DNA from: Selaginella moellendorffii
Lineage: Eukaryota > Plantae > Lycopodiophyta
Length of the DNA: 64,000 nucleotides
Reading direction: 5' to 3'
Assembly: GCF_000143415.4 (NCBI RefSeq)
Contig: NW_003314274.1
Span: 1,688,851 to 1,752,850, forward strand
Made by a program: the position numbers and the translations under genes. How positions within the stretch are numbered: the first letter of the stretch is position 1; each line of letters starts with the position of its first letter. The notes beneath the pieces are model-generated. The model did no database searches. It worked only from the letters and a program-made list of their open reading frames with translations, and had not been told where the DNA came from. This document shows positions 24,376 through 35,052 of the stretch, piece by piece.

Positions 24376-24491
24376 TGTGTGGACTTGGCATATGCCCAAA
24401 AAGGACATCATGCTAATGTCTAAAGCCGCATTTTAGGGTTTATGTGAAATTCCGGAATTTGCGGAAGAACCCTAAATTTGGGCTTGGAGAG

Positions 24492-25083
24492 ATGGGCGTG
24501 GTGAGCGATCTATTCGAGACGCTAACAGAGGCGCCGGTGCTGGGCTCGGATGACTACCGCGGCGTGGATCTGGGCGAGTATGACACGGTAACGTACAAGA
24601 CGCTCTCGGGGGGGCTGGGCTGTGGATTGCTGGGCGCCCTGTATGGCAATCTCAAGACGCGGTGGAACTACCAGATGCCCACCAAGGGCCGGGAGATTGT
24701 CAGGGCCGTGAATCGCTACCAGATGATCGAGTATGGCGCTACAATTGGGGCCATGGGCGCCGCCTACGCCCTCACCGATGCCCTCTGCGAGAGGTATCGC
24801 GGCAAGGCGGACTATTGGAACTCGATCTATGCCGGCTGGGCCGCTGGAGCTGTTCTTGGGCTGAGAAGTGAGCTACATTGTCTTGGATTGGATTGAGGGG
24901 TTTTTTTTTCTTCGTTGTGATTTTTTTTTCGTTGGTGGGTTTTTGGCAGATGGAAGTGTTGGGCGTGGGCTCGCGGCTGCTGCCTCGATTGCTGCTGTGA
25001 CGGCTGTTGTGGACACTCTTGCCCAGAATTCCACGCTCCGGAAGATCAACAAGGAGTATCTTCCTTTCCCGGAGGATAGATGA
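24492..25083 (+). CDS. Tim17/Tim22/PRAT family protein (OEP16-3 / complex I B14.7-like), 2 exons
   Basis: Exons 24492-24867 and 24950-25083. YGATIGAMGAAYALTDALCERYRGKADYWNSIYAGWAAGAVLGLR is the PRAT motif, and the C-terminus is KEYLPF. Confidence 0.88.
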
Positions 25084-25296
25084 GAGAGCTCTGTGATCGC
25101 TGTGAAGAACAATGAAGAACACAAACAAACTTTGCTCATTGTTTAGCGTTTGTAAACACAAATAATTTGACTAGCGTTGACTAGGGAACACCAGAGTTAT
25201 GGAGAAAGTTATGCGAATCTCTTCCTCATGCCAGCGTCGCTTAATAGCCAGCATCTTTAGCCGACAAAATTGAAGCCCGCCAGCAACAACAATCTA

Positions 25297-25703
25297 CGCT
25301 GCTCGTCCAAGGCGCCAGTAGCATCCATCTCCTGCACTCGCAAGAGGGTGACCGGCCAGGCTCAAGTCGGTTTGCCAGCAAGCGCCATACGGTCTCTGCG
25401 AGAGAACAAGGACGGCATGGCAGATCAATCCCGATAAGATCTCCTGCCGAATCCGAGCGGCGGCTGCCTCGCTGCCATGGGGTTGGATCCCAGAGCTCTG
25501 GAGCTCGACGTGAACTCTACAAGCTGCTGCTCTACGAGGCTGGAGGACACTTGCAAGTTCCACAGGACACGAAGAAGGAAGCTGGGATGTTTGCGACGAT
25601 GATCGTCCAGCTCCCCACAGACCGGGGGAGCTCTCGGGGTTCGCCAGGGGCTGGAGCGCTACACTTTGATTTCTCGCAAGGCAGCTCCAGCAAGTATTTC
25701 TCT
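25297..25703 (+). pseudogene. Deleted and frameshifted copy of the 2OG-Fe(II) oxygenase 5' region
   Basis: Near-collinear nucleotide match to ~27843-28310 (CAAGCGCCATACGGTCTC; CTACAAGCTGCTGCTCTACGAGGCTGGAGGACACTT; GATTTCTCGCAAGGCAGCTCCAGCAAGTA) with multiple deletions. Confidence 0.88.
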
Positions 25704-26000
25704 TTAACCATGGAAGTTTGCTCACGTCAATGTTGGTGCCATGGAGAGAGTTGTTCCCCAGCTTCAGCAGCTCCAACTTTGCGCAGTTCTCAAGCAGTGG
25801 CCGTGAAATTTGTCCAATCAACTTTTGTTTCTTTCCATTCCCAGGGTTTGATTTGACATGTCAACTAGAGTGTAGCGTGCTAGTTCAATTGGAATTTCCC
25901 CTTGGATTGAATTATCTGAAATATCCAGTTTTTGGAGCGCTGTGAAGACGAGGAGAATAGTTCCGAGTGCCTTGGTAGTCAATGCCTGGATCAAAGAGAG
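25700..26000 (-). pseudogene. Leucine-rich-repeat (plant extracellular LRR) fragment
   Basis: LIGQISRPLLENCAKLELLKLGNNSLHGTNIDVSKLPWL fits LxxLxLxxNxLxG. The surrounding frame is broken. Confidence 0.5.
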
Positions 26001-27189
26001 ATCAACCAGTGCATGGATGATGCTTTCAAACCTTTGCTGAGGGGAGGAAGTTTGACCGTATTAAATATCGCTTTTTATACCTATGTTATCTAGCTGTTTC
26101 CGATAGCAACTCCAGAGAGCTGAGCGCTCAGACCATAACATGGAGCACGGGGGATGGCAAGTACTTCACGGCATAACTCTCCAGCAAGCCCACAAACGAG
26201 TGCTCTATCCAAGGTGTGCATCCCATTCAGCTTGGATGGGGACAGCTTCTTGAGTTGCTGGTTTTCTAAAAGTCTAACTTCTGCGTGCATGTGCACCTGG
26301 AAGGCTGAAAGGCTCAGACCATTCTCATTCCTCTTTGGTAAATTTCTTCCATGCGTACAACTCCAGCAAGAAAAAACTGGAATCACAAGAAAAACAACTA
26401 AAATCTCAATGTTACACTTCCCATGGTACACGAACTGTTGATCATCCCGCGTGCTTAAAGCTGCCATGGCGATCGAGGGAGCGCCAAGCATTGGAAAGAT
26501 TTGCACTCGATTGGAGAGATAGAGGTGCGGCTAGGCTGACGGCCGAGAAGGTCCATGCATCGCTCCACTTTGTGGAGGAATCAGCAATGCCGAATTGTAA
26601 GACACGCAAATTGACCGATCAGGGATTAGGAGGAGGAGACAAGACGAACGAGATGAAAAGGGGCTGGGGAGGGATTAGAGGAACGAGAAGAACAGGGCTG
26701 CGGTGAAGGGCTGGAAGCTGTTGAAGCAGAGGTTGATGGCGTTAAGAGAGCACGTCGAACATCGTCAAAAGATACGAGTGGAGGGTGAAACGAAAACTCG
26801 TCAATATTACGCACATTCTAGACGAAGCTCAAGTTCCCATTCACTTCCAGGACCAACTACTCCACGAGCTTCACGGTGGTGTCGATGAGTCGTACTTTCC
26901 TATTGCATCAAACCAGCCGGAGGGATGGAAAAGAAAGATTGAAGGCCAGCCACTTCCCGACACGCACTACCGCATGAAGTCCTTGCTTTCCAAGCTTGGA
27001 ATGAGTAGCCCTGATCGCTGGAGGATTTGCCTCGATCCGGCTCACCCTCCTCAGACCGATTTTGTAGCTATATGAAAGTTGACATTGCGAAATGAGACCT
27101 CGATCTCCAACGCTGCAATGCTAAAGCCAGTCTCAATTGGAGTGTGTACAAACAAAATCCCACACCTGGAAGAAGTAAAACGAAACATT

Positions 27190-27665
27190 CAGCCCTCGTC
27201 CACTCTTCTCTACGGACATCAAACTCGATGATCATCACCGGATTATCGAGATTGCCACAACAAAACAGCCAACTCTTGTCGCCCCTGATATCTGTGTGCA
27301 ACGGCGAGACTTATGCGATGGTCGGAGAGTTTCACGATGCCAGTGCTTGAGTGCACAAGCTCAATCAAGGCGTCAAGTGGGATTATCACGCGTTCATGGT
27401 GGCTGTGAGAAGATGTAGCGACGCCCAACGAGACTACGAAGTACACAATATCCAGCCAGGGATTCTTCTCCGGATCAAACCCCCTGACCTTAACAAATGC
27501 AAGGGTACTCTTCCTGTACACCGAAGAAAGGCAGGTTCATAGCTGGCGAAGAGCAAACATAACACTCGGAATCGCAAACGCTCCAGTGCGAAAACTCCGT
27601 GTTAAAAGTGCTTGGAGCCACCGTCATCACCATCCTGTCCCCCAAAAGTTCCAGTGCACGTCATC
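27190..27665 (-). pseudogene. Rearranged F-box C-terminal fragment with an internal inversion
   Basis: ~27190-27290 and ~27420-27660 match F-box copy 2 on -. ~27291-27405 (VCNGETYAMVGEFH..VHKLN..KWDYH) matches it on +. Confidence 0.82.
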
Positions 27666-27746
27666 GTTGAAATCTTCGGCCACCCTTGCTCGCATTTTGG
27701 GACTGCATTTTTTTGAAACAAAGATCTTTTAGGGTTTAAGAGAGTT

Positions 27747-30633
27747 ATGAATTCGGAGGAGCTCCTCAAGGCGCTGTGGTGTGATCGAGAAGTCTTTGCG
27801 ACTGGAGGGAAGATCGATGTGAATGTCTTCCCCATGTCAGCGTCGCTGCTCGTGGAAGGCGCCGGTAGCATCCATCTCCCGCTCTCGCAAGAGGGTCTGG
27901 CCAGGCTCAAGTCAGTTTGCCAGCAAGCGCCATACGGTCTCGGCGAGAGGACTCTCGTCGACACCGACGTGAGGAAAGCATGGCAGGTCAATCCAGATAA
28001 GATCTCCTGCCCCGAGAATCCGAGCTTCTTCTCGTCCGTGGTTCATGGCTTGGCGGCTGCTGGGCTCGCCGCCATGGGCCTGGATCCCAGAGCGCTGGAG
28101 CTCGACGTGAAGCTCTACAAGCTGCTGCTCTACGAGGCTGGAGGACACTTCAAGTTCCACAGGGACACGGAGAAGGAAGCTGGGATGTTTGCGACGATGA
28201 TCGTCCAGCTCCCCACAGCGTCCGGGCACGCCGGAGGAGCTCTCGGGGTTCGCCAGGGGCTGGAGCGCTACTGCTTTGATTTCTCGCAAGGCAGCTCCAG
28301 CAAGTACTTCTCGACCATCTTCTTTTGCGACTGCGAGCACCAGCTTGAGGAAGTGACCGGCGGATCGAGGCTATCCCTGGTTTTTAGCCTGGTGAGGAAC
28401 AACGTGGAGTTCATAGCCGCCGAGAACGTCCCCTCTTTTGTGTCCTCGATGCCTCGAGTGAAAGAGCTTCTTCGGGAATGGGTCGAGAAAGGTGGCGGCG
28501 GTGTGGCGCAGAGAGCAAACTCGCGGAGGTCAAGGCAACTCGCCACGGTAGCGAGATCAAACGCTCCCCGGATACAACTCGCCACGGTAAGCATCGATCT
28601 CTACTTTCTATCCATTTCTAAGTCTTCGTCGTGGCAATAGCGTGCGACAAGGAGGACTCAAGAGGAAGAAGATGATAGCTCCGATGACGATGACTATGCC
28701 CCGGTATACAGCCGCAACCGCAGCGAGTATAAGAGGAAGCTCTTGGCGATCCCGCTGGCTCACAAGTACTCCAAGACGAGCCTCTCGTTTGCCGGGCTCA
28801 AGGGCCAGGACCGCGTTGTAGCGGCCATGGTGAGAGCCTGCGAGTTTCTGGATGTCCATCTTTGCATGCTCACCAAGCACAAGACCGTGACGGAGGACGT
28901 GTCGATCGAGTACGGTATCGACAATAGGCCAGCCAAGTTTCAAAGGTGGGAGATTGATGTCCGGCACCAAGTTCTTCGCTGCGCGCTGAAGAAGCTGCCC
29001 CGGGATATGAACAAGGACAAGGACGAGTTTAACGAGAGAGATCTCTTCGACTTTCTCGAGGACGAGTTCCGCGGGACGGGGATGATGGCTGGAAACGAAG
29101 GTGGCACGAATCAGTACTTCTACCACGTCGCGGTTCTGGTGGTGTGGCCGAGAGAGACGAGGATGCAAACGATTTGCTGCTCGCCGATACACACAGACTG
29201 GCTGCTGGACTGGATCGAGGAAGAAGCTTGCGGATCGGAGGAAAGCAAGAGGAGAAACTTGGAGCAAGCTGTGGATGCTTTCCACAGCTTGCCGGAGAAG
29301 TTTGAGGCTTCTCCGGGTTGAAGACTCGGATGCTGGAAGTTTGTTGCCCGGCTGCTCGATGCGTGTGTGATGAACGGTGCTCGCGATGCCGCGTTCTTGA
29401 TCTTGAGGACGTGGGGAACGAACCTGACGAGCTTCGACGAGTTTGCGACGGCGGTGAAGGCTTACGGCTGGGAGGCATGCAAAGGGACTGTGGAAACGGT
29501 GATGAACGCCGTAAAGGAGCACAAAGAGCCAGTGAAGCGTCAGTGGTGGAGCAGAGAAGATGTGAAAGCCAGCGATCCTCCGGAGTGGTATGGCGCAGTG
29601 ATGGCTTGCGGAGGTCTGGCCTTGCGACTGGACGCGTGTGGATGCCGGGACGGGGCGATCGCTGCAGCCAAGATGTTTTGCGGCGAGATCTCCTCTGAGT
29701 TACCCGTGACTGTGAAGTACAATGAGGAGAAGCATTTAGAGAATGGGATCGCGATGCTGCTCGAGTTTTGCATTGACGCAAGGCTTGGCGACGAGGTCTC
29801 CCACATTCTGGGACGAGTTCCCTGGGAGAAGCTTAGCAGCCGGGCTCTTGCCAAGCTGAGGCATCACTTTCCGGAGCGCAGAGAGGAGGTGGACGAGTTT
29901 TGGACGTGGAGGAAGGAATGCTTAGAGGATCTCTCTGGTTCCTGGAGCAAAGAAAAGTATGTGGAAGACGTGGTGAAGTTTGTGATGGAGCTGGAGTCCC
30001 TGGGCGATCATGACACAGCGGTGGCGCTTGCATCCGAGCTTCTCTTCGCGGATTTTGCCAAGGTGACGAGCTTGGAAAATCACGAGGTGGTGGCGCTGCT
30101 GCTGCTCGACAAGGCCGAGCTCATACCCAGGGCTCCATACATGAATCGCTCCACAGTGATCAAGACAATGCGAGGAGCTGCGAGCTTGGTTGGCTTGAAG
30201 GAGAAAGATGGATTGAGGACGGTTTTTGGAGATCTGTGCAAGGCAGAGCTCCCGGAGGTGGCTGACAGGGCAGAGATGATTTCTTGGGTAGGGGATAGAC
30301 ATCGAGATCCCAAGCTCGCGTTGGCTTGGAAGGACCAGAAGGAGTTTTTCGAGACGTTGTTTTGGCTGGGAGAGGAGGAGGTGCTCGGAGCTATGGTGGA
30401 GTGTGTGAGCAAGAGGAGCAACCTGGTGAAGTGGATGCTGGACAAGGATGAGGGTCTTGTGGAAGAAGCCATGAGATATGGAGGGAATGTGAGGGATGCG
30501 ATGAGAAAGGTGGTGGATTCGAGGATGGAGTATCTCTCGAGGGAGCCGAGCTTTGGGGAAGTGGAGAGGAACTATTTACCGCCGCCACCGTTGAAGGTGA
30601 TGAAGATTTGTGGGTTTGTGGATGCCCGGCAGG
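27747..30633 (+). CDS. Large microbial-type 2OG-Fe(II) oxygenase (2OG-FeII_Oxy_3-like) with long helical C-terminus; one in-frame TGA; 3' end lost in gap
   Basis: QAPYGLGERTLVDTDVRKAWQ, KLYKLLLYEAGGHFKFHRDTEK (HxD), DCEHQLEEVTGGSRLSL (H; R), LAHKYSKTSLSFAGLKGQD, GNEGG..YHVAVLVVWPR. ORFs 27747, 28743 and 29367 share one frame. A 54-nt phase-0 intron at 28587-28640 removes the first stop, but TGA at 29319-29321 remains. Confidence 0.82.
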
Positions 30634-30843
30634 NNNNNNNNNNNNNNNNNNNNNNNNNNNNNNNNNNNNNNNNNNNNNNNNNNNNNNNNNNNNNNNNNNN
30701 NNNNNNNNNNNNNNNNNNNNNNNNNNNNNNNNNNNNNNNNNNNNNNNNNNNNNNNNNNNNNNNNNNNNNNNNNNNNNNNNNNNNNNNNNNNNNNNNNNNN
30801 NNNNNNNNNNNNNNNNNNNNNNNNNNNNNNNNNNNNNNNNNNN

Positions 30844-31700
30844 TTCCCTCCATATCTCATGGCTTCTTCCACAAGACCCTCGTCCTTGTCCAGCATCTTC
30901 TTCACCAAGTTACTCTTCTTGCTCACACACTCTACCATAGCTCCGAGCACCTCCGCTCCTAGCCAAAACAAACTCCTGGTCCTTCCAAGTCAACGCGAGG
31001 TCGCGTTGCATATATGCATCTCGTTGTATATCTCCTCCCCGAGAACTCATGTCCGAACTGTCAGACATGTCCGGGAGCTCTGCCTTGCAGAGATCTCGAA
31101 AAGCCTTCCTCAATCTATCCTTCTCCTTCTAGCCAACCAAGCTCGCAGCTCCTCGCATCGTCTTGATTACTTCGGAGCATGGACCCCTGGGTATGAGCTC
31201 GGTCTTGTCGAGCAGCAGCAGCGCCACCACCTCGTGATTTTCCAAGCTCTTAACCTTGGCACAGAAGCTCGGATGCAAGCGCCACCGTTATGCCAGGGAC
31301 TCCAGCTCCATCACAAACTCCACCACGTCTTCCACATACTTCTCTTTGTCACTGCCATACAAGAGATCCTCCTCCTCATTGTCGTCCGAGACATTCTGAT
31401 CGTTCTACAGTGATGACCGTTTAAGAAATGCAAAGCATTCGTTCCTCTTCCAAAACTTGTCTACCTCCTAGCTGCGCTCCGGAAAGTGATGCCTCAGCTT
31501 GGCAAAAGCCCGGCCGCTAAGCTTCTCCCAGGGAACTCTTCCCAGGATGTGGGAGACCTCGTCGCCAAGCTTTGTGTCGAGGCAAAACTCGAGCAGCATC
31601 GAGATCCCATTCCCTCGATAGTCCCCTTCCTTCCACTTCGTTACTGGTAGCTTCGAGGACATAACATCTTGGCCCCTTCCCGGCATCCACACGCGCATTC
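30844..31700 (-). pseudogene. Inverted partial copies of the oxygenase C-terminal region
   Basis: Reverse-strand matches to ~29950-30490 (30844-31360) and ~29630-29880 (31468-31700), e.g. NGISMLLEFCLDTKLGDEVSHILGRVPWEKLS. Confidence 0.85.
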
Positions 31701-31732
31701 GTTCCTCCTCCCTCAAACGACAGTTATAACTC

Positions 31733-32200
31733 AGTATGTGGAAGACGTGGTGGACTTGGTGATGGAGCTGGGGTCCCTGGGCCAGCACGACACAAAGGTG
31801 GTGCTTGCGTCCGAGCTTCTCTTCGCAGATTTTGGCAAGATGGAGAAGTTGCAAGATCACGAGGTGGTGGCGCTGCTGCTGCTCGACAAGAGGGCGGAGA
31901 TGAGTTCTTGGGAGTAGATATACAACGAGATGTATATATGCAAAGCGACCTCGAGTGGGATTGGAAGAGACAAATTTCGAGACGTTGTTTTGGCTGGGAG
32001 AGGAGGAGGTGGTCGAAGATATGGTGGAGCGTGTGAGGAAGAGGAGTAACATGGTGGACAGGATGCTAGACAAGGAAGAGGGCCTTGTGGAAGAAGCCAT
32101 GAGATATGGAGGGAATGTGAGGGATGCAATGAGAAAGGTGGTGGATTCGAGGATCTCGAGGGAGGAACTATTTGCTGCCACCTTCAAAGGTGACGAAGGT
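31733..32200 (+). pseudogene. Direct-orientation partial copy of the oxygenase C-terminal region
   Basis: YVEDVVDLVMELGSLG..HEVVALLLLDK and FETLFWLGEEEV..EEAMRYGGNVRDAMRKVVDSR, with an internal deletion, a stop and a frameshift. Confidence 0.85.
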
Positions 32201-32370
32201 GGTTCATGGTAATCCCCGGCAACAGCGGCGCTTGCATGGGATTATGTTGGAAAAGTGGGACAGCACTGCATTGTGGAGGAGATGGAGCATCTCCAACGAC
32301 TGAAAGACAGGCTTGTGTGAAACGAGTCTTAGCTTTTAGCGGCCCTTACGTAAAATGCCCACTAAGGGCA

Positions 32371-33409
32371 TTACATGGAATTTTGAGAATCTTCTTTGCC
32401 TTCCAAAACTGGACTGTGAGCTATGCCTGCAGTTACACATCCCAGGAAAGGCCCTGCAATGTAGATCCAAATCGCTTTGAAGTTTCTGGAAACGATTGCC
32501 GGTCCCAGAGAGCGAGCTGGGTTGAGTGATCCTCCAGAAATTGGCCTAATAAAACAACGATCAATCAATCAAAGCATTTTAATCTTTCCATCCTTACCCA
32601 GCGACCATAACGCTCAGCCCGATCGCGGCTGGGACAGCCATTGCAGCTGCGTTGCCCGACTGATGAAAAGCATCAATAGTATACTAGTGTGGAACAAATT
32701 GCGAGTGAAAGTTACCACTTGTGATGTGTTATTCGAGAGGATACACGCCAGGAACATGACAACGAAGGACATGGCGGTCTCAAGAACAAGCGATTGCCAT
32801 GGCCCAGATCGAGGCTGGGTCACGGCAAAGTCGCTCTCCGGGAAGCTGTAGACCCATTTCGCCGCCAGGATTGCCAGCACGGAGCCAGTGATCTGAGAAA
32901 CCATGTAGAAGGGCACCTGGAAAAAGTGGTAAAGCTCTCAAAGCTCTTGTGTTCGATCGACTATAAGCTTACTTGAGACCATGGGAATCTCCCGGCGGCT
33001 GCGAATCCCACGGTGATGGAAGGGTTGATGTGAGCACCCGAGGTGTGGCCGATGGTGAGGATGATCACCGTGACGCAGAACGAGGCCGCCATTGCGAAGC
33101 TTAGCAGCCCAATTCCTCCGGGAGTTCCCTCGTTCACTGCTGTCAAAGCCGCGATGGTGAAGACGAGGAGAAAAGTTCCAAGTGCCTCGCCAGCCAGTGC
33201 CTGGATCAAAAAGATCAATCACCATGGATGATGTTTTCGAAGTTTGCGAGAATGTATACAACCTTTGCGACGATCGTGAGCCTGGAGCGAGGAGAATCCA
33301 AAGCCTGGATTTGCTTGGCAGTGGCGACGGCCTGATCGGAGGAGGTGGTCAGCATTGGCACTCTCATGCGACGCTGCTGCTGCTCGTAACCATCCTCAAT
33401 CTCTGCCAT
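32371..33409 (-). CDS. Aquaporin, NOD26-like intrinsic protein (NIP II type), 5 exons
   Basis: GEALGTFLLVF, GHTSGAHINPSITVGFA, FPWSQ|VPFY, LETAMSF, ISGGSLNPARSLGPA and WIYIAGP, with the typical NIP intron pattern. Confidence 0.95.
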
Positions 33410-33629
33410 GGACGATGGATCGGTCGATCAAAAGCAAAGAAGCCCTTTTGGATGACTGATCGAGGAGGAAGCAATCGAGGAGCGAGCATAAATGTTCTTC
33501 CTGGAGCACCAAGCGCATGATCGCACGTATATAGCATTTGCGTTGCTAGTACGAACATTCCCGCGACTCGAACGTCCGACCGTTGGGATTTTAGGGCAAG
33601 GAGCGCGCCAGGGCAAAGTGTTCTTCGCC

Positions 33630-34874
33630 ATGGCGGCGGCGGTCGCCATGCATTCGGCGCTCACCAGCAGCAGCGGCGGCGGCGGCGGCGTCACGGCCAG
33701 ATCCGCGTCTCACAGGTTCGCAAGGCAGCAGAATTTGATCCTGGGCAGCCGCAGCGCAGTGCCTAGGTCCAGGGATCGCCGATCGACGCCAGTAGTCTTC
33801 ACATCCAGGACGACGACCGTGATCCCCACCACAGGCATCGAGATCGAGGGCGCGCTCAATGGGATCCTTGAGGAGCTGGGCATTGGCGATCGAGGAGGCG
33901 AGGCACAGGTGGACGCCGGCGGCGGCGATGGTGGAAACAAGGGCAACGGCAGAGGAGGAGGAGGCGGCGGCGGCGGCGGCGGTGGCGGCGACGAGAATGG
34001 ATGGAGTGGAAGCTCTGATCCCGGCGGCGACGATCCCTCCTCTTCCTCTTCCTCCGGCAACTTCCTCTTTGGATTGTGGGAGGCTTTTGCTCGCGGGTGG
34101 CGATCGCGAGTGAGGAGCGATCCACAGTTCCCTTTCAAGGTCCTGACCGAGGAGGTGATCGGAGTGGGGGCGTGTGTTCTTGGCGACATGGCCTCGCGAC
34201 CAAACTTTGGCCTGGGCGAGCTCGACTTCGTCTTCTCCACGGTGGTGGTGGGGAGCATCCTCAACTTCACGCTCATGTACATGCTAGCGCCAACCTCGGC
34301 TGGAGCGGACATCTCCCGCCTCCCAAGCGTCTTCGCGAGCTGCCCTCCGGGACATATGTTCGAGCCGGGCGCGTACACTCTCCTGGATCGCTTTGGAACT
34401 CTGGTGTACAAGGGCGTGGCGTTCGCTGGCGCTGGATTCCTGGCCGGGCTGGTGGGCACTGCCGTGTCCAAGGTGCTGCTGGACGCGAGGAAGAGAGTCG
34501 ATCCGAGCTTCCAGCTCCAGAACAAGCCGCCGCCGACGCTGCTCAATGCCGCGACCTGGGCTCTACACATGGGAGTGAGCAGCAATCTCAGGTACCAGGC
34601 GCTCAATGGATTGGAGTACTTTGCTGCGGGAGTGATGAGTCCGGCGGTGTTCAAGACGTCCGTGTTTGCGGTCCGGGCCGCCAACAATGTTCTTGGAGGA
34701 ACTTCGTTTGTGACCCTGGCGAGGTTGACGGGGTCGCAGAGGGCCGAGGAGGCGGCGGCTGTGGCGGCGAAGAAGATCGAGAGCGAGGAGGATGAAGCTT
34801 GTAAGAACAAGGAAGGAGTGGTGTGTGAGAAGAGTAGTGGTAGTGAGATCCAAGCGAGAGAGACCACGGTGTAG
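33630..34874 (+). CDS. RETICULATA-RELATED protein (DUF3411, RER2/RER3-like), plastid envelope, intronless
   Basis: Transit peptide, poly-Gly tract, then GWRSRVRSDPQFPFKVLTEEVIGVGACVLGDMASRPNFGLGELDFVFS..HMGVSSNLRYQ..NNVLGG. Confidence 0.94.
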   Translation: MAAAVAMHSALTSSSGGGGGVTARSASHRFARQQNLILGSRSAVPRSRDRRSTPVVFTSRTTTVIPTTGIEIEGALNGILEELGIGDRGGEAQVDAGGGDGGNKGNGRGGGGGGGGGGGGDENGWSGSSDPGGDDPSSSSSSGNFLFGLWEAFARGWRSRVRSDPQFPFKVLTEEVIGVGACVLGDMASRPNFGLGELDFVFSTVVVGSILNFTLMYMLAPTSAGADISRLPSVFASCPPGHMFEPGAYTLLDRFGTLVYKGVAFAGAGFLAGLVGTAVSKVLLDARKRVDPSFQLQNKPPPTLLNAATWALHMGVSSNLRYQALNGLEYFAAGVMSPAVFKTSVFAVRAANNVLGGTSFVTLARLTGSQRAEEAAAVAAKKIESEEDEACKNKEGVVCEKSSGSEIQARETTV

Positions 34875-35011
34875 AGATCGCCAAAGTGGCCAAAGTGGAA
34901 TAACACTGGTTGTGTACAACCATCAAACATACTCTATCCTATAAAATTATTAGCTATGGGTTTTAAGGGTTAATTGGACGATCATAAAATGCATGACATG
35001 GCAAACTAGCA

Positions 35012-35045
35012 CACGTGGACTGCCACATAATGTGGATGACGTGGC
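35012..35045 (+). promoter_or_regulatory. G-box and ABRE-like motifs upstream of the SHW1-like gene
   Basis: CACGTG at 35012-35017 and TGACGTGGC at 35037-35045. Confidence 0.4.
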
Positions 35046-35052
35046 GGGGGCC

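Noticed and set aside
23152-24411. 419-aa F-box ORF with an N-terminal extension
   Set aside because: The extension is a chance in-frame fragment of another F-box paralog. The likely start is 24198.
29319-29321. Selenocysteine recoding of the in-frame TGA
   Set aside because: Land plants lack the Sec machinery, the site is not a recognisable redox motif, and MSRB1 here uses Cys.
27747-30633. Bacterial contamination as the source of the oxygenase
   Set aside because: It is contiguous without gaps with upstream plant genes, has a GT-AG intron candidate, and has local decayed paralogs interleaved with plant F-box fragments.
33710-34930. 406-aa antisense ORF over the RER gene (and similar ones such as 28608-29522)
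   Set aside because: Shadow ORFs are expected opposite GC-rich intronless CDSs, and they have no independent motifs.
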